This document shows positions 50,681 to 63,799 of a stretch of DNA of 64,000 nt, piece by piece. Source of the DNA: Octopus sinensis (Eukaryota). Each line of letters starts with the position of its first letter. Position 1 is the first letter of the stretch. The translations under genes were made by a program, and so were the position numbers. Location: positions 84,940,001 to 85,004,000 of the forward strand of contig NC_043004.1 in the NCBI RefSeq assembly GCF_006345805.1. The letters run 5' to 3'. Below the pieces are notes generated by a model, which worked only from the letters and a program-made list of their open reading frames with translations, was not told the DNA's origin and searched no databases.

Positions 50681-51525
50681 ACTCTAATATTATTAGAGTA
50701 CAAAGGGGAGATACAATTTTAGTTGGTTAAAACTAGACCTGCGTTTGATAGGAATCTTCTTATTTTCAATGTTTTAACAAGTATATTGTTGCAACTGAAC
50801 GAAATCTTGTATAAGACTGAAAACTATATTCTTTCTTAAGAAATTTACTTATTTATATAATGGTGACAAGAACGCAAGAATCGAATATCATAAATCATCT
50901 CTTGATCTGTTAGAAATATGCGTTCTGTATTTTCTGGACTTTATACACAGTTTCATCATCTGAAGAAATATGAGATGAGGAGAGACGTAAACTTATTCAG
51001 AATACTTAAGACTGTGAAAGAAGGAAATTATCTCCGGAAACTAGATATATTATTCCAATTCTTCCAAAAGTGTAAACTATACTACAACTGTTCGAAGTTT
51101 AAGCGTCGGTGTTAATTTGGCGAAAGTGCAGTGTACCATGGCTCCTCCTATATGTTTCAAACCATCTCCATATAAGGCATTCAAATCTAACAACCTGTTT
51201 AACCCGATTTGTATTAAGAATTATTTGTCGCTGCTACGAACTATTGGGATCGAAATCTAATTCTTGTTGTTAGGAAATCGGTTTACCAAACGTCAACTCT
51301 GTAGAATCAATATAAATTTTGAAAGTAAAATGCATCAGTGTTGCTTACGTAGGTGCTTAATACATGTAATGCAAAGGAAATCATTATAAGTTATATTTTC
51401 TGTGAGAATCTCTCAAAGAATGAATTAAGATGGTTGTGAAAACGAACATCAGAAAATAATGCATCCATACAAATATAAATATATATATATATATATATAT
51501 TTATGTATGTATGTATGTATGTATG

Positions 51526-51559
<34 letters not shown>

Positions 51560-52218
51560 TGTATGTATGTATAGCATTAAAATCTAATGCAATTGTATCC
51601 TTTAAAATCTTCCCTGGAGGTTTCGTAATTGAAATATTTTATACTGTGACACCTAAATTTACATTTAGAATAGGTTTCACTTGTATTTTGAACAGCTGTG
51701 AATGTAGAGAAATGTCTGCTATGTAGGATCAGACACCAGTAACGTATTAGAATTAATGGTGTAGATTCTCTTTCATTGTTACTATAAGTTCTCACATCAC
51801 ATGTTATATTTAATCTCGCTACTAAAACTTTTAGAATGAAGCACTTTATATTTCCTGCTGAGTGAGATACTTATAAGATAGTGATAGAAAATCACTGAAT
51901 GTATGAATGTCTAGGAACAGATATATATTTAAATAGTTACATGAATGTATAGATACATACACAGACAAAAGAAAAACAGTACATATAGAAGCATACATAA
52001 ATACATATGCTCCGTTATACATACATGTATGTATATATGGTAAAAAAATACCTTCATCAACCACATGCTCCCAGATCATGTATACCTGTATCCCACATAC
52101 TGTCATAACAACGTGCCGACCAAAGTCTTGTGCTGCATTTCGTCGATGGAAACTGAAAGATGTCCATCATATATGTACGTCTCGAAATATATTTACATGG
52201 ATGTATATGTATATCTGT

Positions 52219-52286
<68 letters not shown>

Positions 52287-52294
<8 letters not shown>

Positions 52295-52369
52295 ATGTTA
52301 CATTACTCGGTAGTCAAGATAAAACTCTGAGTTTTATCTTGACTACCGAGTAATGTAACATATTGTATA
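52287..52369. repeat. 83-bp perfect palindrome (41-bp arms, 1-nt centre)
   Basis: tatacaatatgttacattactcggtagtcaagataaaactc-t-gagttttatcttgactaccgagtaatgtaacatattgtata. Confidence 0.95.
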
Positions 52370-52434
52370 GATAAATTCCTCTATTTACATAATATTGAGG
52401 TCTCTTTCTTTCTTTTGTTATCTTACCGTTTTAT

Positions 52435-52495
<61 letters not shown>

Positions 52496-52499
52496 ATAT

Positions 52500-52773
52500 A
52501 ATAATAATAATAAATATTAGGGAATAAATCCAAATTTACAGGGAAAAAATCAGATTTAGGATTAAATCCAATTTTATAGTAAAATATTATAAAATATTAT
52601 TAGAGACAAAATTTGAAACTGACTTATTGGAAGTCCACCTGAAGATTGTCGATCAAGACAAGAAACGATTGTAGTGGCGGTTTTTTGACTATTTATTAAA
52701 ATTTTATGTATTGATTAAGTCTTTCCTTGTTTGTTTTGCAAAATAGTGGTTTTGTCTCTAATAATATTTTATA
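52500..52773. mobile_element. Penelope-type mini-element with hammerhead and 24-bp inverted repeat, between (TA)n tracts
   Basis: TATAAAATATTATTAGAGACAAAA (52588-52611) and its exact complement (52750-52773) bracket the hammerhead. Confidence 0.6.
52635..52677 (+). ncRNA. Type I hammerhead ribozyme motif
   Basis: CCAC-CTGAAGA-TTGTC-GATCAA-GACAA-GAAA-C-GATT-GT-A-GTGG: 4-bp stem I, 5-bp stem II, 2-bp stem III, GUA triplet. Confidence 0.75.
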
Positions 52774-52781
52774 TATATATA

Positions 52782-52814
<33 letters not shown>

Positions 52815-52933
52815 CATGAGAGTCATGTATATAATACAATTTACTGAACTTTCAGATTTTAATATGCTAGACCACTGGTGTTAAATTGTTTTTAATTAAA
52901 TTTATATCCAATTTCTCACTTTCATTGTAAATT

Positions 52934-52964
<31 letters not shown>

Positions 52965-53170
52965 TTATATCAGGGTATCGACCAAATTACTGGATGCGGA
53001 TATGCATCGCTTGACACAATGTGCATCGCATTGTTTTAACGTTCGAATGACGCCACCATGCTGACAAAGCAAACACTCCCGACAGCCACCCTGTTTAGAA
53101 GGTTATTCCGTCACACGGTTATCCATTCACAGCTAAGTGGACTTGATGGCTCTTACCACCTTTCAGCCAA
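52965..53170 (-). mobile_element. SINE piece carrying the family D 3' module
   Basis: Minus strand ggtggcgtcattcgaacgttaaaacaatgcgatgcacattgtg matches 58330-58380. Confidence 0.55.
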
Positions 53171-53457
53171 CAGCCTTGGTACGAACAAAATGAAGATCGT
53201 TGTGTCAAAATGATATTAAAAATCTGGTTGCAACCAGCTTCAACAGACTTCAGAGTGCAAGGAGAAAAGGAGAAAAACGGACGCAAATATACCACCCACT
53301 CTGACCTGTAATTCTCAAAATTGTAACATTGGTTGCCTTCTTTGCAAATCGCAAGTGGGTCTTAAAGTCACATTCTACTTAAGTATTATGACGGATAAAG
53401 TAAGAGTGCTTTGTCAGAGCCTCATACGTCGAAACCGACGGGAGAATCCATTGTAAA

Positions 53458-53503
<46 letters not shown>

Positions 53504-53536
53504 ATATATATATTATATATATTATATATATAGATG

Positions 53537-53572
<36 letters not shown>

Positions 53573-53581
53573 ATATTATAT

Positions 53582-54029
53582 ATATTGTTATATTTCTGAA
53601 TGGTCATTTAAGCATATGTAATGATAATAATAAAGGGATGTAAACACATGAACAAAATAAGAATAAACAAAAACAACAAAAACAAATTACATGAACGTAT
53701 ATAAACAGAAGATACAAATATTACAGGCATCCCCCCACACACACACTAAATAAACATAGACGCACATAGAGATATAAGCATGCGCAAATGAAGACATACA
53801 ATAGAAATACAAAAGGCTGACGGTTAGTTAGGAGAGACACAAATAAGAAAGAAGAAAACAAAGGACCACTGATGCGGTCACAGGAGTGTGACGAAAGAAC
53901 TCTAGCCGAAATAAGATTAAGATTAATGTAAAAAATAAATAACACTGAAGCAAAAAAACACCAAATATATAGTGCGTGTGTTTTTATTGGCTAAACTAGC
54001 AAAATGACCATTCCGAAATATAACAATAT
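53582..54029. repeat. ~450-bp segment bounded by 28-bp inverted repeats, between (TA)n tracts
   Basis: 53582-53609 versus 54002-54029, one mismatch. Confidence 0.75.
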
Positions 54030-54082
54030 CTGTTTTAACACACGACTTCACATAAGAAATCTTGCATAACAAATATATAAAC

Positions 54083-54116
<34 letters not shown>

Positions 54117-54759
54117 GCATATATATACAAATGAAGATAATTTAGGACAGTGTTAATTGCTGTTAAGAGAAGGGTCATGTAGATATGTTATGAAACTACA
54201 TGCAATCCTACATTACTATCTTAATATCATTATCATGAAGAATTCACATTTTCTAATTTTTTTTTAACCTAGGGTAATCTTTAACATTGAATCTAATCTA
54301 AATGTTCCAATCTAACCTAAATGTTTCCTCTTAATGCCTATTTCTATAAATGCCATTGAAACAGATACCTTCAGACTGAAAAGATACACTGGAAATAACT
54401 CTAGATGTAAATTTGGAAACATTAAAAGCTCGATGTGCTTTAATGATGTTATTAAGACATACTTCCGGCAATATTAAGCAGCTTTTTCTTGCTCATTGAA
54501 ATATAAAAAAAAACATTAATGTTACATGACATATAACACATCTTGATTTCATTAATAAAGTAAAAAATGAATAAGACCTTGTCGTTGATATCTTGTAAAT
54601 ATTTTATGTATATTCTTCTTACCTTCAGGAGACATTACAGTAGAAATCTTAAAGAAAATTAAAACACCATATTTGTTTTAAAAAGAATTATTTTACTTAT
54701 GATATTTAACATATATCTAACCATGCTATTAATTTACGCTTTTGTTTACTTGTTATAGT

Positions 54760-55325
54760 TTATCATCAAATTTCTTTCAGATGTATATGTAGTATATATT
54801 CCCTGATGTACACAAATGTATGATGGCCGTCCACTAGTGACCGAGGAAGGCCATTGCTGACCTTTAGAAACATTGTGCGCTCTAGGTCTAACGTATATTT
54901 TGTATTTGCGGCTCCATTGGTAGTTAAAGACCCCTGCTCTTGACAAGCATACACGACTGCGAACATTACAAACCAAGCTTTCCCCATTCACTACGATAGC
55001 AGTGTTCTTTCGATCAGCGTGCTTAAATTCTTCATGAAGAATAGGGGCTTTTTGAAAGGTGTCGAACCCCCTCCTTAACCTGTTTCTTCCATCTGTGGTG
55101 ATGACAGGTACTGCTCTCCCAGTGGATCACCTGCATATCACAGGCCTTTAATGAGAACTTAACACAGACCTTAAATGACAGCCTTGGTTTCTGCCGGGGT
55201 CTGTTTCTACTAAGACGTTTCCCATATAGCATCGGTTTTGGCATCCTCATATCCTTCATTCTAATAAGGTGTCTAGTCCAATGTAACCAGTGCAACTTCC
55301 TCTTCGCTTCAATACTCAAGCTATC
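54760..55325 (-). mobile_element. RTE (BovB-like) LINE 3' fragment
   Basis: SIEAKRKLHWLHWTRHLIRMKDMRMPKPMLYG..RPRQKPRL.FK.C.K..LKAC..WE..W...V..G, followed by a degenerate zinc-finger-like LVCNVRSRVCLSRAG. Confidence 0.75.
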
Positions 55326-55604
55326 AGTGTATACGGTGAAAATTATTTTAATCTTGATTGATGTAGGTACGTAGCAAATATTATTCTATACTTTTCTGAA
55401 AAGTACATCATCAAACAATTTCTTAAGCTCTTAAATTATATATCTCCATCTTCTTTAGCAAATTTTCTGCTGCAAACTCACGCGTTGTTAATTTCATTAA
55501 TATATGTGTTCTTCATAATTGTCTCTTATTTTTCTCCCAAGAGATTTAGACAAACCTTTCTGTGTCGCAGATTTCTCCTTCATATCTATTTCTCCGTCAT
55601 TATT

Positions 55605-55605
55605 G

Positions 55606-55678
<73 letters not shown>

Positions 55679-55740
55679 GTCTATCTATTCATCTATCTAT
55701 CTATATATATATTTATATATATATCTGTCTGTCTGTCTAA
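55605..55740. repeat. (TATC)n microsatellite
   Basis: Direct reading. Confidence 0.95.
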
Positions 55741-55809
55741 CTGATTGGCTGTCACCGTTTACGTCTGCGTAAGTGTAAACAATTACTCGTTTTCATTCAT
55801 GTGTATTTA

Positions 55810-56480
55810 TATTGAATTTTTTTCAGCAAAACGGTAATATCCCTAGTTTTGTGAGTCGAGGGCCGGTGACAATGCTAAAGAAAAACCTCAACAAAGTAGA
55901 GGTTATAGATAATTTCCGGCCCATTACTCGGTTCAACGCAGATTTGAAGATTTTGACCAAAGTGCTAGCCGAGAGGTTGTTTAGGAATCTGGCATAAGCG
56001 GAGCGCTGATTAATTTGGATCAATCGAAAGCTTTCGATAGAGTCGAACATCGTTACTTGGTGGCTCTCCTTAGGGTGGCCGGTTTCAGTCCCGTCTTCCG
56101 CGGTTGCATCGCTGCTTTATACAGCAGCATCTGCACGGTAGTTCACGTAGTCACCTATTTAACATTACGTGTTCGGTCCGCCAAGGATGCTCCCTCTCGT
56201 CACGTTTGGATGTATTGTCTCTAGAGCCACCACTACAGATGCTTGCATCGCTAAGAAACATCTTGCGAGAACTGGTTTGCTGGAGAGCGTTCCTCCATAC
56301 ACGGACGTTGTCACCGTCATAATGTCGAGCCACAAGGATATCGACTTAGTCGGTGAGACGCTAAAAGAATACTAACGGGAGCGAAAAATTCATTGGTCTT
56401 GCGGCTCGGCACCTGGAGATGCACGCCCGTTCCATCAAACAACGTTGCTATCGTTGGATACTAGATAACCAGTAGGGTGG
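55810..56480 (+). mobile_element. Tx1/L1-clade LINE RT fragment, degenerate
   Basis: NGNIPSFVSRG.VTMLKK..IDNFRPIT..NADLKILTKVLAERL, ALINLDQSKAFDRVEHRYL, SVRQGCSLS, YTDVVTVI (YADD-like). Deletions and frameshifts. Confidence 0.8.
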
Positions 56481-57179
56481 CCACTCTCAACCAGCATTGC
56501 ACCAAGACGTAGTTATCTGAAAAAAATTCGGGCTGAAATGGCGAATCTGTTTCAACATTCGTGTGTACATGAACGAGTTACATATTATTATATACACCCA
56601 TTTCTTAATCATCGCTGCTTAACTCATCATCTGCTTAATTGAATTCATTTTCACGAAGCTTTACGTATATCAACACATTAATGGGTTACTGTTTCAATAT
56701 AAAATTGGCGATTACAAAGGTAATGTAGATAGCGGGTTCGGTTCATAAGATACTGAAGCGTTTCCGAGGAATCTCACGCAGATTAAGATCTGATGATGTC
56801 ATCCGTAAACCAGAGATGTCCACACGGTGTCGTATACGAAGAGAGTTTCTTTCACGAGAAAAGTTTACTAGCGAGAATATTGCAACTTTCGAGTTAAAAC
56901 GAGGATTTAAATATAATTGTATATACAATGGGTAGCCCTTGGCGTGGCTGTGTGGTAAGAGGCATGCTTCTCAAGGACAAGGTTCCGGGTTCAACCCCAC
57001 TATATGCAATTTTAGCTAGTGTCATCCACTATAGCCTCAGGTCAACTAAAACCTCATGTGTGGATTTGATGTGCAGTTGAAGCCAGTCGAATATATATGT
57101 ATATATATACACAAAAATATATATCCATATGTACACACACATATATATATATAGAACTGATAGAATATATACCTATATC

Positions 57180-57405
57180 TTTATTACCCACAAGGGGCTA
57201 AATATAGAGGGGACAAACAAGGACAGACATGGGTATTAAGTCAACTACATCGATCCCAGTGCCTAACTGGTACTTAATTTATCGACCCCGAAAGGATGAA
57301 AGGCAAAGTCGACCTCGGCGGAATTTGAACTCATAACGTAACGACAGACGAAATACGGCTACGCATTTCGCCCAGCGTGCTAACGTTTCTGCCAACTCTC
57401 CGCCT
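57180..57405 (-). mobile_element. SINE family B
   Basis: Reverse complement of 48946-49175. Confidence 0.85.
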
Positions 57406-58116
57406 CTTGATAGAATAAATACCAGGCGTTAATAAAACTAAGCAGTGGGGCCGATTCATGTAACCGAAAATTCTTGAAGATGCTGCTCCAGCGTGGTCGA
57501 GTCGAAAGATTTGATGCAAGGAAACGATAAATGATACTTAAATTTTGCCACACTTATACTTCAAACTGCAATATCACTTCAATGAATTTTCATGTTTCTT
57601 CTCATCCAACACGTGTGTTTTATCTTTTCAATTCTCTTTCTGTTTTCATCATTGTCGCTCTTTTATTTTCTCTACCTATATTATAATCAATGTCCTTTGA
57701 GTATTCAGCATAAATATATATCAGATATTTTTCGTAGCTTATATTCTGATCAAAACCACTACTACAGGATTTAACTGTATAAGCATATCATTCATCTAGG
57801 TTTTCTAGGCACCAATTTCCATAAGAATCTTTGGAATTGAAGTGCAACTTCATTGAAAATTACTTGCCCACGCAGACTACATGCAACGTGAAAGGATTCG
57901 CTTTTTTTTAAACAGAATTAACTGGGACAGCAAAACGTAGATACATAACAATATCGACAATTCCTGTCGAAAATATAAAGTAGACAGCGGGACTGTAACT
58001 CACACTCAGATAAAAAAAAACCAGACACGCACACACATACACATACATGTATATTAACACAGTGCAAACACACACACACACACGCACACATACACATACA
58101 AACATACGTATATATA

Positions 58117-58415
58117 TGGAGTCGCAATGGTCCAGTGGTTAGGGCAGCGGACTCGAGATCGCAGGATCGCGGTTTCGATTCCCAGACCGGGCGTTGTACG
58201 TGTTTATTGAGCGAAAACATCTCAAAGGCTTCACGGGGCTCCGGCAGGGGGAGGGGTGATCCCCGCTGTACTCTTTCACCACTCTTTCTCTCACTCTTTC
58301 TTCTGTTGGCCTGCTCGCTTAATCATCAGGGTGGCGTCATTCGCAGGCTAAAACAATGCAAACGCATTGTGACCAACGATGTGTAGCAACATCTGATACA
58401 ATCACGTGATCACGT
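58117..58415 (+). mobile_element. tRNA-derived SINE, family D (best copy)
   Basis: A box TGGTCCAGTGG, B box GGTTTCGATTCCC, body gtttattgagcgaaaaca..actctttc. Confidence 0.8.
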
Positions 58416-58493
58416 GATATATATATATATATATAAACTTAGATATGTTTCGACCAAAGATTGGCCATGTCTAACTTAATAGCACGACCATAC

Positions 58494-58545
<52 letters not shown>

Positions 58546-58584
58546 GTATATATATATACGTATATGTATGTGTGTCGGGGTAGA

Positions 58585-61400
58585 TTCTTTTATTCCTTTA
58601 TTCTTTTACTCGTTTCAGCCCTGCGACTGCGGTCTTGCTGGAGCATCACCGTGGTCTTTCTAATTTCCTCATTCTGGGATGTTTCACCTCACCATGCCTT
58701 AACGTGCAGTTCTCGAGGCTATTGTCCCATTTCGTGTATAAGGGAGATAGATTCCGTTGCCCTCATCTGCACCACATATCGGTCTGTTGGTTTATCCGGT
58801 ATTGAGGAGCGGGAGATCTCTAGTTCCTTTTTGAAGACATTCATTTCCATTGTATGCAGATTTCTTAATTCATGTCGCAGGGCATTGAAACCTAAACTTT
58901 TACAATACCGGATCCTGAATTTAGATGGAGTGGATGGTACCTTTGGTACAATACAATGGAGGCCAGTTCTAGCATATGTATAACACTCAAAGCCGAAATT
59001 AGGTACTGGCCCTTTTTAGAATTTTCCGAATGTAGATTATTGCATGATTCCTACGTCTTCGCTCCAATGAGTAAAATTTCAGTTTTCCCAGCCTATCTCT
59101 GTTCCAATCTTTTTAGTGTACGGGCGTTGGACTGCTTCGAGATCCGTGGTTAGTTTGGCACTATGTGATGTCTATAACTAGGATCAGTAGTATAGGGGGC
59201 TGAGAACAAAGATCCTCCACAGGTTGTATATAGTTTCTCAGTCTCTTGTCTTGAAGAATATCAGATTCCACTTTGACTCCAATTTGCTGGCGTCATAGTA
59301 ATGTACATATAAAATAAGTCTTTTTCTGCTTTCACTCTGGGATTTAGTGTCTTCGGGTCCTATGTTTAGAAGGTGTAGTGCATTCGTGTGTCGATAGCGC
59401 TGTTCTTAAAATTTTCCAGCATTTATTTGCATGTTGTTTATTTCAGCCCACTTGTGTATCGAATTCATGTCCCACTGTAAGCTTGCGACCTCATCTTGGT
59501 TTTTTTATTACCTGTGTTTATTTTGTATCATCAGCATAACTAGCGGTAGTGGGAGTGCGAGTGACCGTGGCCATGTCTAAGATGACTATTATGAACAGTA
59601 ATGGGCCCAGAACACTTATCCGCGGTACGCCACTTAGGATTTGAGTTGCCTCAGAAAAGACACCATTGGCTACAACTATCTGACTTCTGTTTTTAAGGAA
59701 GTCATGCAGCCAGTCTCCAATTTACCAGCAATGCCAAGGTCTCGTAGTCATACTGTATATTGATCAGTAAGTCATTTTCTTCTAGGAACATTACCAACAT
59801 CTTTCTGACGAGTCATTCCATGCCTTTATTGATATGTGAAGTCAGAGAGATTGGTCTGCATTTTTGGACTCTGCTCTTCTTCCACCTACGTGGATAAAGC
59901 ATATAATGCCTTATTTCAGCTGTTTAGGATGTTTAGCATTTCCAAGAAAAGTTTAGAAAAATATCTACGGTGGTTTCGCTAAAGCCTGATTGCACGACTT
60001 CGGGAGAATAGCAGGGAAGCTATCTGGACTAGTTGCGGACTATGAGCTCATTTCATCTATGGTCACTGTTACATCTGTTTCCTCAATATTGATGTAATCG
60101 ATGGCTGGTGCCTCCTTTTTTAGAGCTACAAAATTAAAGAATTCAACAAGAGTTTTTATTTGCATGTGTCCAAGTGGGGAAGTGAAGAAAATTTTAAATT
60201 GTTCACTGAGTATCTCACTTATCCTTCATGGATCCGCTATCAACGAGTCATTCCCTTGGAACAATAGTCTTATTCCATATTGTTGCTGTCTCCTTTGCGA
60301 ATCTATAGAAAGCTCTGGGATTTGTTTTTACGCTTTCTACAGTATTCTATGTCTCTCTGTCTCCCCTCTCTTTCCTCTCCTCTCTCTCTCTTTATTTCTC
60401 TCTCTCTTTCTCTCTGCTTTTTTTCATTTTCGTGAGAGGGTTTGATCTCGTTTAACATTCCTAGCACTGTCCGTATTAAGATAGACTTCTCCCTCTTTCT
60501 CAGTTGCCTATTCAGCCGCTTTGAGATGTTTGACACGCATCTGTCCTTCAGAATCTTGTTTGTCAGTGTTCTGGCCTTTCTGTCTGCATATATCTTGCAC
60601 TGTTGACGTAAAATGGCTGAGTTTCAAATCAACGTCCTGCATACATAGAATGTTGGACCAGTTTCGTTTGCGGATTCCCTTGCTGTTGTTTCACATTTTG
60701 CTTTATAAAAATCCAGCTTTCATAAGGCTTCAATCTTCCTGTCAGGGTAGATACCCATAGTTTTCACATGAGCATATATAGTTAGTTAAAATAAGGTTGT
60801 GATCTGTGAGTGCTGTTGGTACCATCTTTCCATTATTGATAAGGTCCACATAACTTGTGAAGCAGAGATCCAATATGTGGTTTGTCTTGGTTGGCCTGAA
60901 TATCACTTCCTCCATGAACAGCAGGTTAGTAAGCTCAAGCAATGACTCTACATGCTTTTGTTCATGCCATGATATCCCAGGGAGGCTGTGGCCTTCTGGC
61001 CACTTAACATGCGGGAGATTGAAGTCACCCAGGTAGTGTATGTTGATGTTCTGATCTAGGTTTGTTAATACCTCTTCAATGTGTTTGAGGCCATCCTCAT
61101 ACTTATCATCATATTTTGTGGTATTCGCCAGTCGATGTATTGTGGATAGAGCAACATCAACTTGCTTTGTATTTATTATATTAAGGTGTCGCAAAGTGAG
61201 TGTGAATGTGACAGTAACGCAAGACATATTCACGGATGTACATTGCAACACCGCCGTGGCTTCTTCTTATTCTTACTGTACGGAATGCAGCATACCCTAG
61301 TATGTGTTACATTAGGGGTTAGATGCGTGTCAGTGAGCGCCATACATATGATTGCAAGAAGCAAGCTTTTAGATAGAGAATTGTATCTCTGTTGTTCAGT
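58585..61400 (-). mobile_element. CR1/L2-group LINE, degenerate near-complete ORF2 (APE endonuclease plus RT) with 3' tail
   Basis: APE: CMALTDTHL, RRSHGGVAMYIRE, YLGDFNLP, ILDLCFT, TDHNLI (ORF 60742-61251). RT: SGVPRISVLGPLLFII..YADDTK. A deletion near 59750 removes QHGF..LDFAKAFD. Tail (TAAAAGAA)n. Confidence 0.88.
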
Positions 61401-61559
61401 TTTGGCAGACCACTACTGTTCAGTAGGAAGCTGGGTGCGATGCTGGGGTAGGTGCTACCAGTGGCCGTCCTGAGGCAGTCACCTAAGGCGGGCTTACACA
61501 TTGAATGGTATTCCAGCATGGCCGTAATCAAATAACAAAGAAATAAATGGATAAAAGAA

Positions 61560-61706
61560 TATATATATATATACATACGCATCTATATATATATATATAC
61601 GAATATATATATATGCATGTATATATATGCATATATATGCATATACGTATATACATACATATGTATGTATAAATACATGTCTACATATATGTATATGTAT
61701 ATATAA

Positions 61707-61772
<66 letters not shown>

Positions 61773-61773
61773 A
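61560..61773. repeat. (TA)n/(TATG)n low-complexity tract
   Basis: Direct reading. Confidence 0.9.
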
Positions 61774-63799
61774 ATGGAACAAAAACGGAATAGAGCTCAT
61801 TAAAACGCTCAGACAGATAAGAAACACAAAGGCGGACACAAGAAACAACAATTAGAAGGACATCTTGAGATGGTTCGATCTGGTGGTTCCCCTAAAAATC
61901 TAAGCTAAGAGCATTAGACCTCTTTGTAAGAAAGCTAGCGAATGTGCACCGGACAAAGATAAAAAAAGCAAGCAAACAAAAACAAAAAAAAATACGGAGA
62001 ACGTGGTACACGACTGCGAATACAACAATGAATAACAACAGGCGAATACAACAATGAATAACAACAGATTTAAGTATATATATATATTCATATACTTACA
62101 CACATATGTATATATAAACGTGCACGTTCTCATACAAAGATGTATACATGAAGAGAGAGGTACACACACAGATACATATATATGTACCAAGTATCACATA
62201 GTCAGACGTATGTATTACTTGAACTTTTGTTGGAATATATCGATGTCTACTTGAACAAATTTACAGGTCATAAATTAGTAATATAATTCTTCTAATCGAC
62301 CTCTTTATATTTCTGTATATATATATATATTCCTTGCATTGCCTTGGGCGCGAATTCCTGATCACGAGGCGTCAGTTTCCAGCACTATAAATCTAAGGGT
62401 CTACTTATTTCTATGCAAGTATGCATGTGTGAGTACATATAAGTACGATAGCATGCGTGTTGGAGGTGTGTGTGCGAGATTGTGTCGATACGTGCAAAAG
62501 ACCGATGGCTGTATACCTAGATACGTGTGTTTATCTGTCGATTCCATCTATATCTGTGAATTGCTGTGGTGTGTGACCAGAAGCGAAGAAATGTAATGGA
62601 ATCGTGTAGTCATTGAAACTTAAGCAACAAATACACTTCATTCCAGCAAATTATTTCCCGAGAAATTCAACTACGATACTTATTTTTGAACGTGATATGT
62701 TTAGTTCTTACATGTTAACTAATCATTGGAGTGTCTATTAATCGTGTTTCCTCTCGATCCGATTGATTCCACGGTTTCCTCTCGGCATAAATTGCACACC
62801 CATGATGTCCTACTGCCTAGAGGCAACTCTGCAGATCATCATGTCCACAGAAAACAATTAATTAATAGATACCCGGAAGTAATTATTGTAAGCATAAAAG
62901 CAAGGCATCATTCCTAGAATTCGAAAAAAAAACATATTGAAATAGAAAAGCACTAACCGCCTTAGGCACATAGTGGAACAAGAGAAGAACACAAAAAACA
63001 ACTGAACAAAATAACTATTATTTTGATATGATCTATGATACACTATTGTACAATCAAAATTAACTGAAAGTACATTTTAAGAGAATATCATTTGCCAACT
63101 CAGATTATGAAGTCCAACAACAGAATACCTGTACTTGCTCACCGTACAAAATCTGAATCCATTGAAGAGGCGCCTGCTGTGACTCAGCTCAAACCTATGA
63201 GTTATACTACAAATTCAGATATCTGCATACTCAAATATCAAAACAAGTCTAAGCTCGCCACGCACATCACCCTCGCCGTCATAATTACCATTCCTGTCTC
63301 TCTTTCCACGGCATAATCGTGATCACAACTGACACTGGGTCATCAAGTTCACTGCTAGCTCTCACTGCGCATGAAACTGTGTGCTGTCATCTATTGACAC
63401 CCTACAGAACTAGTGCAGTAAATTTTTGATACCACCTCATATGTCGAGAATTTTAATCGCACCACCATATTTATTCATATCGAACAGCAATCCCTTCCAT
63501 CCAGAGATTGATAACACCCTGTAGCAGCTTCCATAGACGTCTGGATTGCGCCTGACGTTTCTCCTAAGATGTCGGGATGGCTTCCCGTTTGCAGAAGCAG
63601 TCAAAAGGCCACTAGCGTTCCTTCCCGATGGCCATGGCTACGTAGGCTCAATTGTTGCTCTCCATACCATATCTTACAGCATTTACAGTACTCACAGAAC
63701 ATATCGGCATCTTCAGTCTCAGCGCGAAATATCGTGTTACAAACCAACCTTTATAAATATTCAGATGACTAAAGGCTGGCAGAAATGTTAGCACATAAT

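Noticed and set aside
58430-58475. Hammerhead on the minus strand (GGCC-AATCTTT-GGTC-GAAAC-ATAT)
   Set aside because: Stem II and GAAAC are present, but the CTGANGA core and cleavage triplet are not; too degenerate to call.
63090-63760. Non-repetitive, GC-balanced segment as a gene or pseudogene
   Set aside because: All six frames are broken by stops and I could not recognise a family. It may be an old LINE remnant; TBLASTX would decide.
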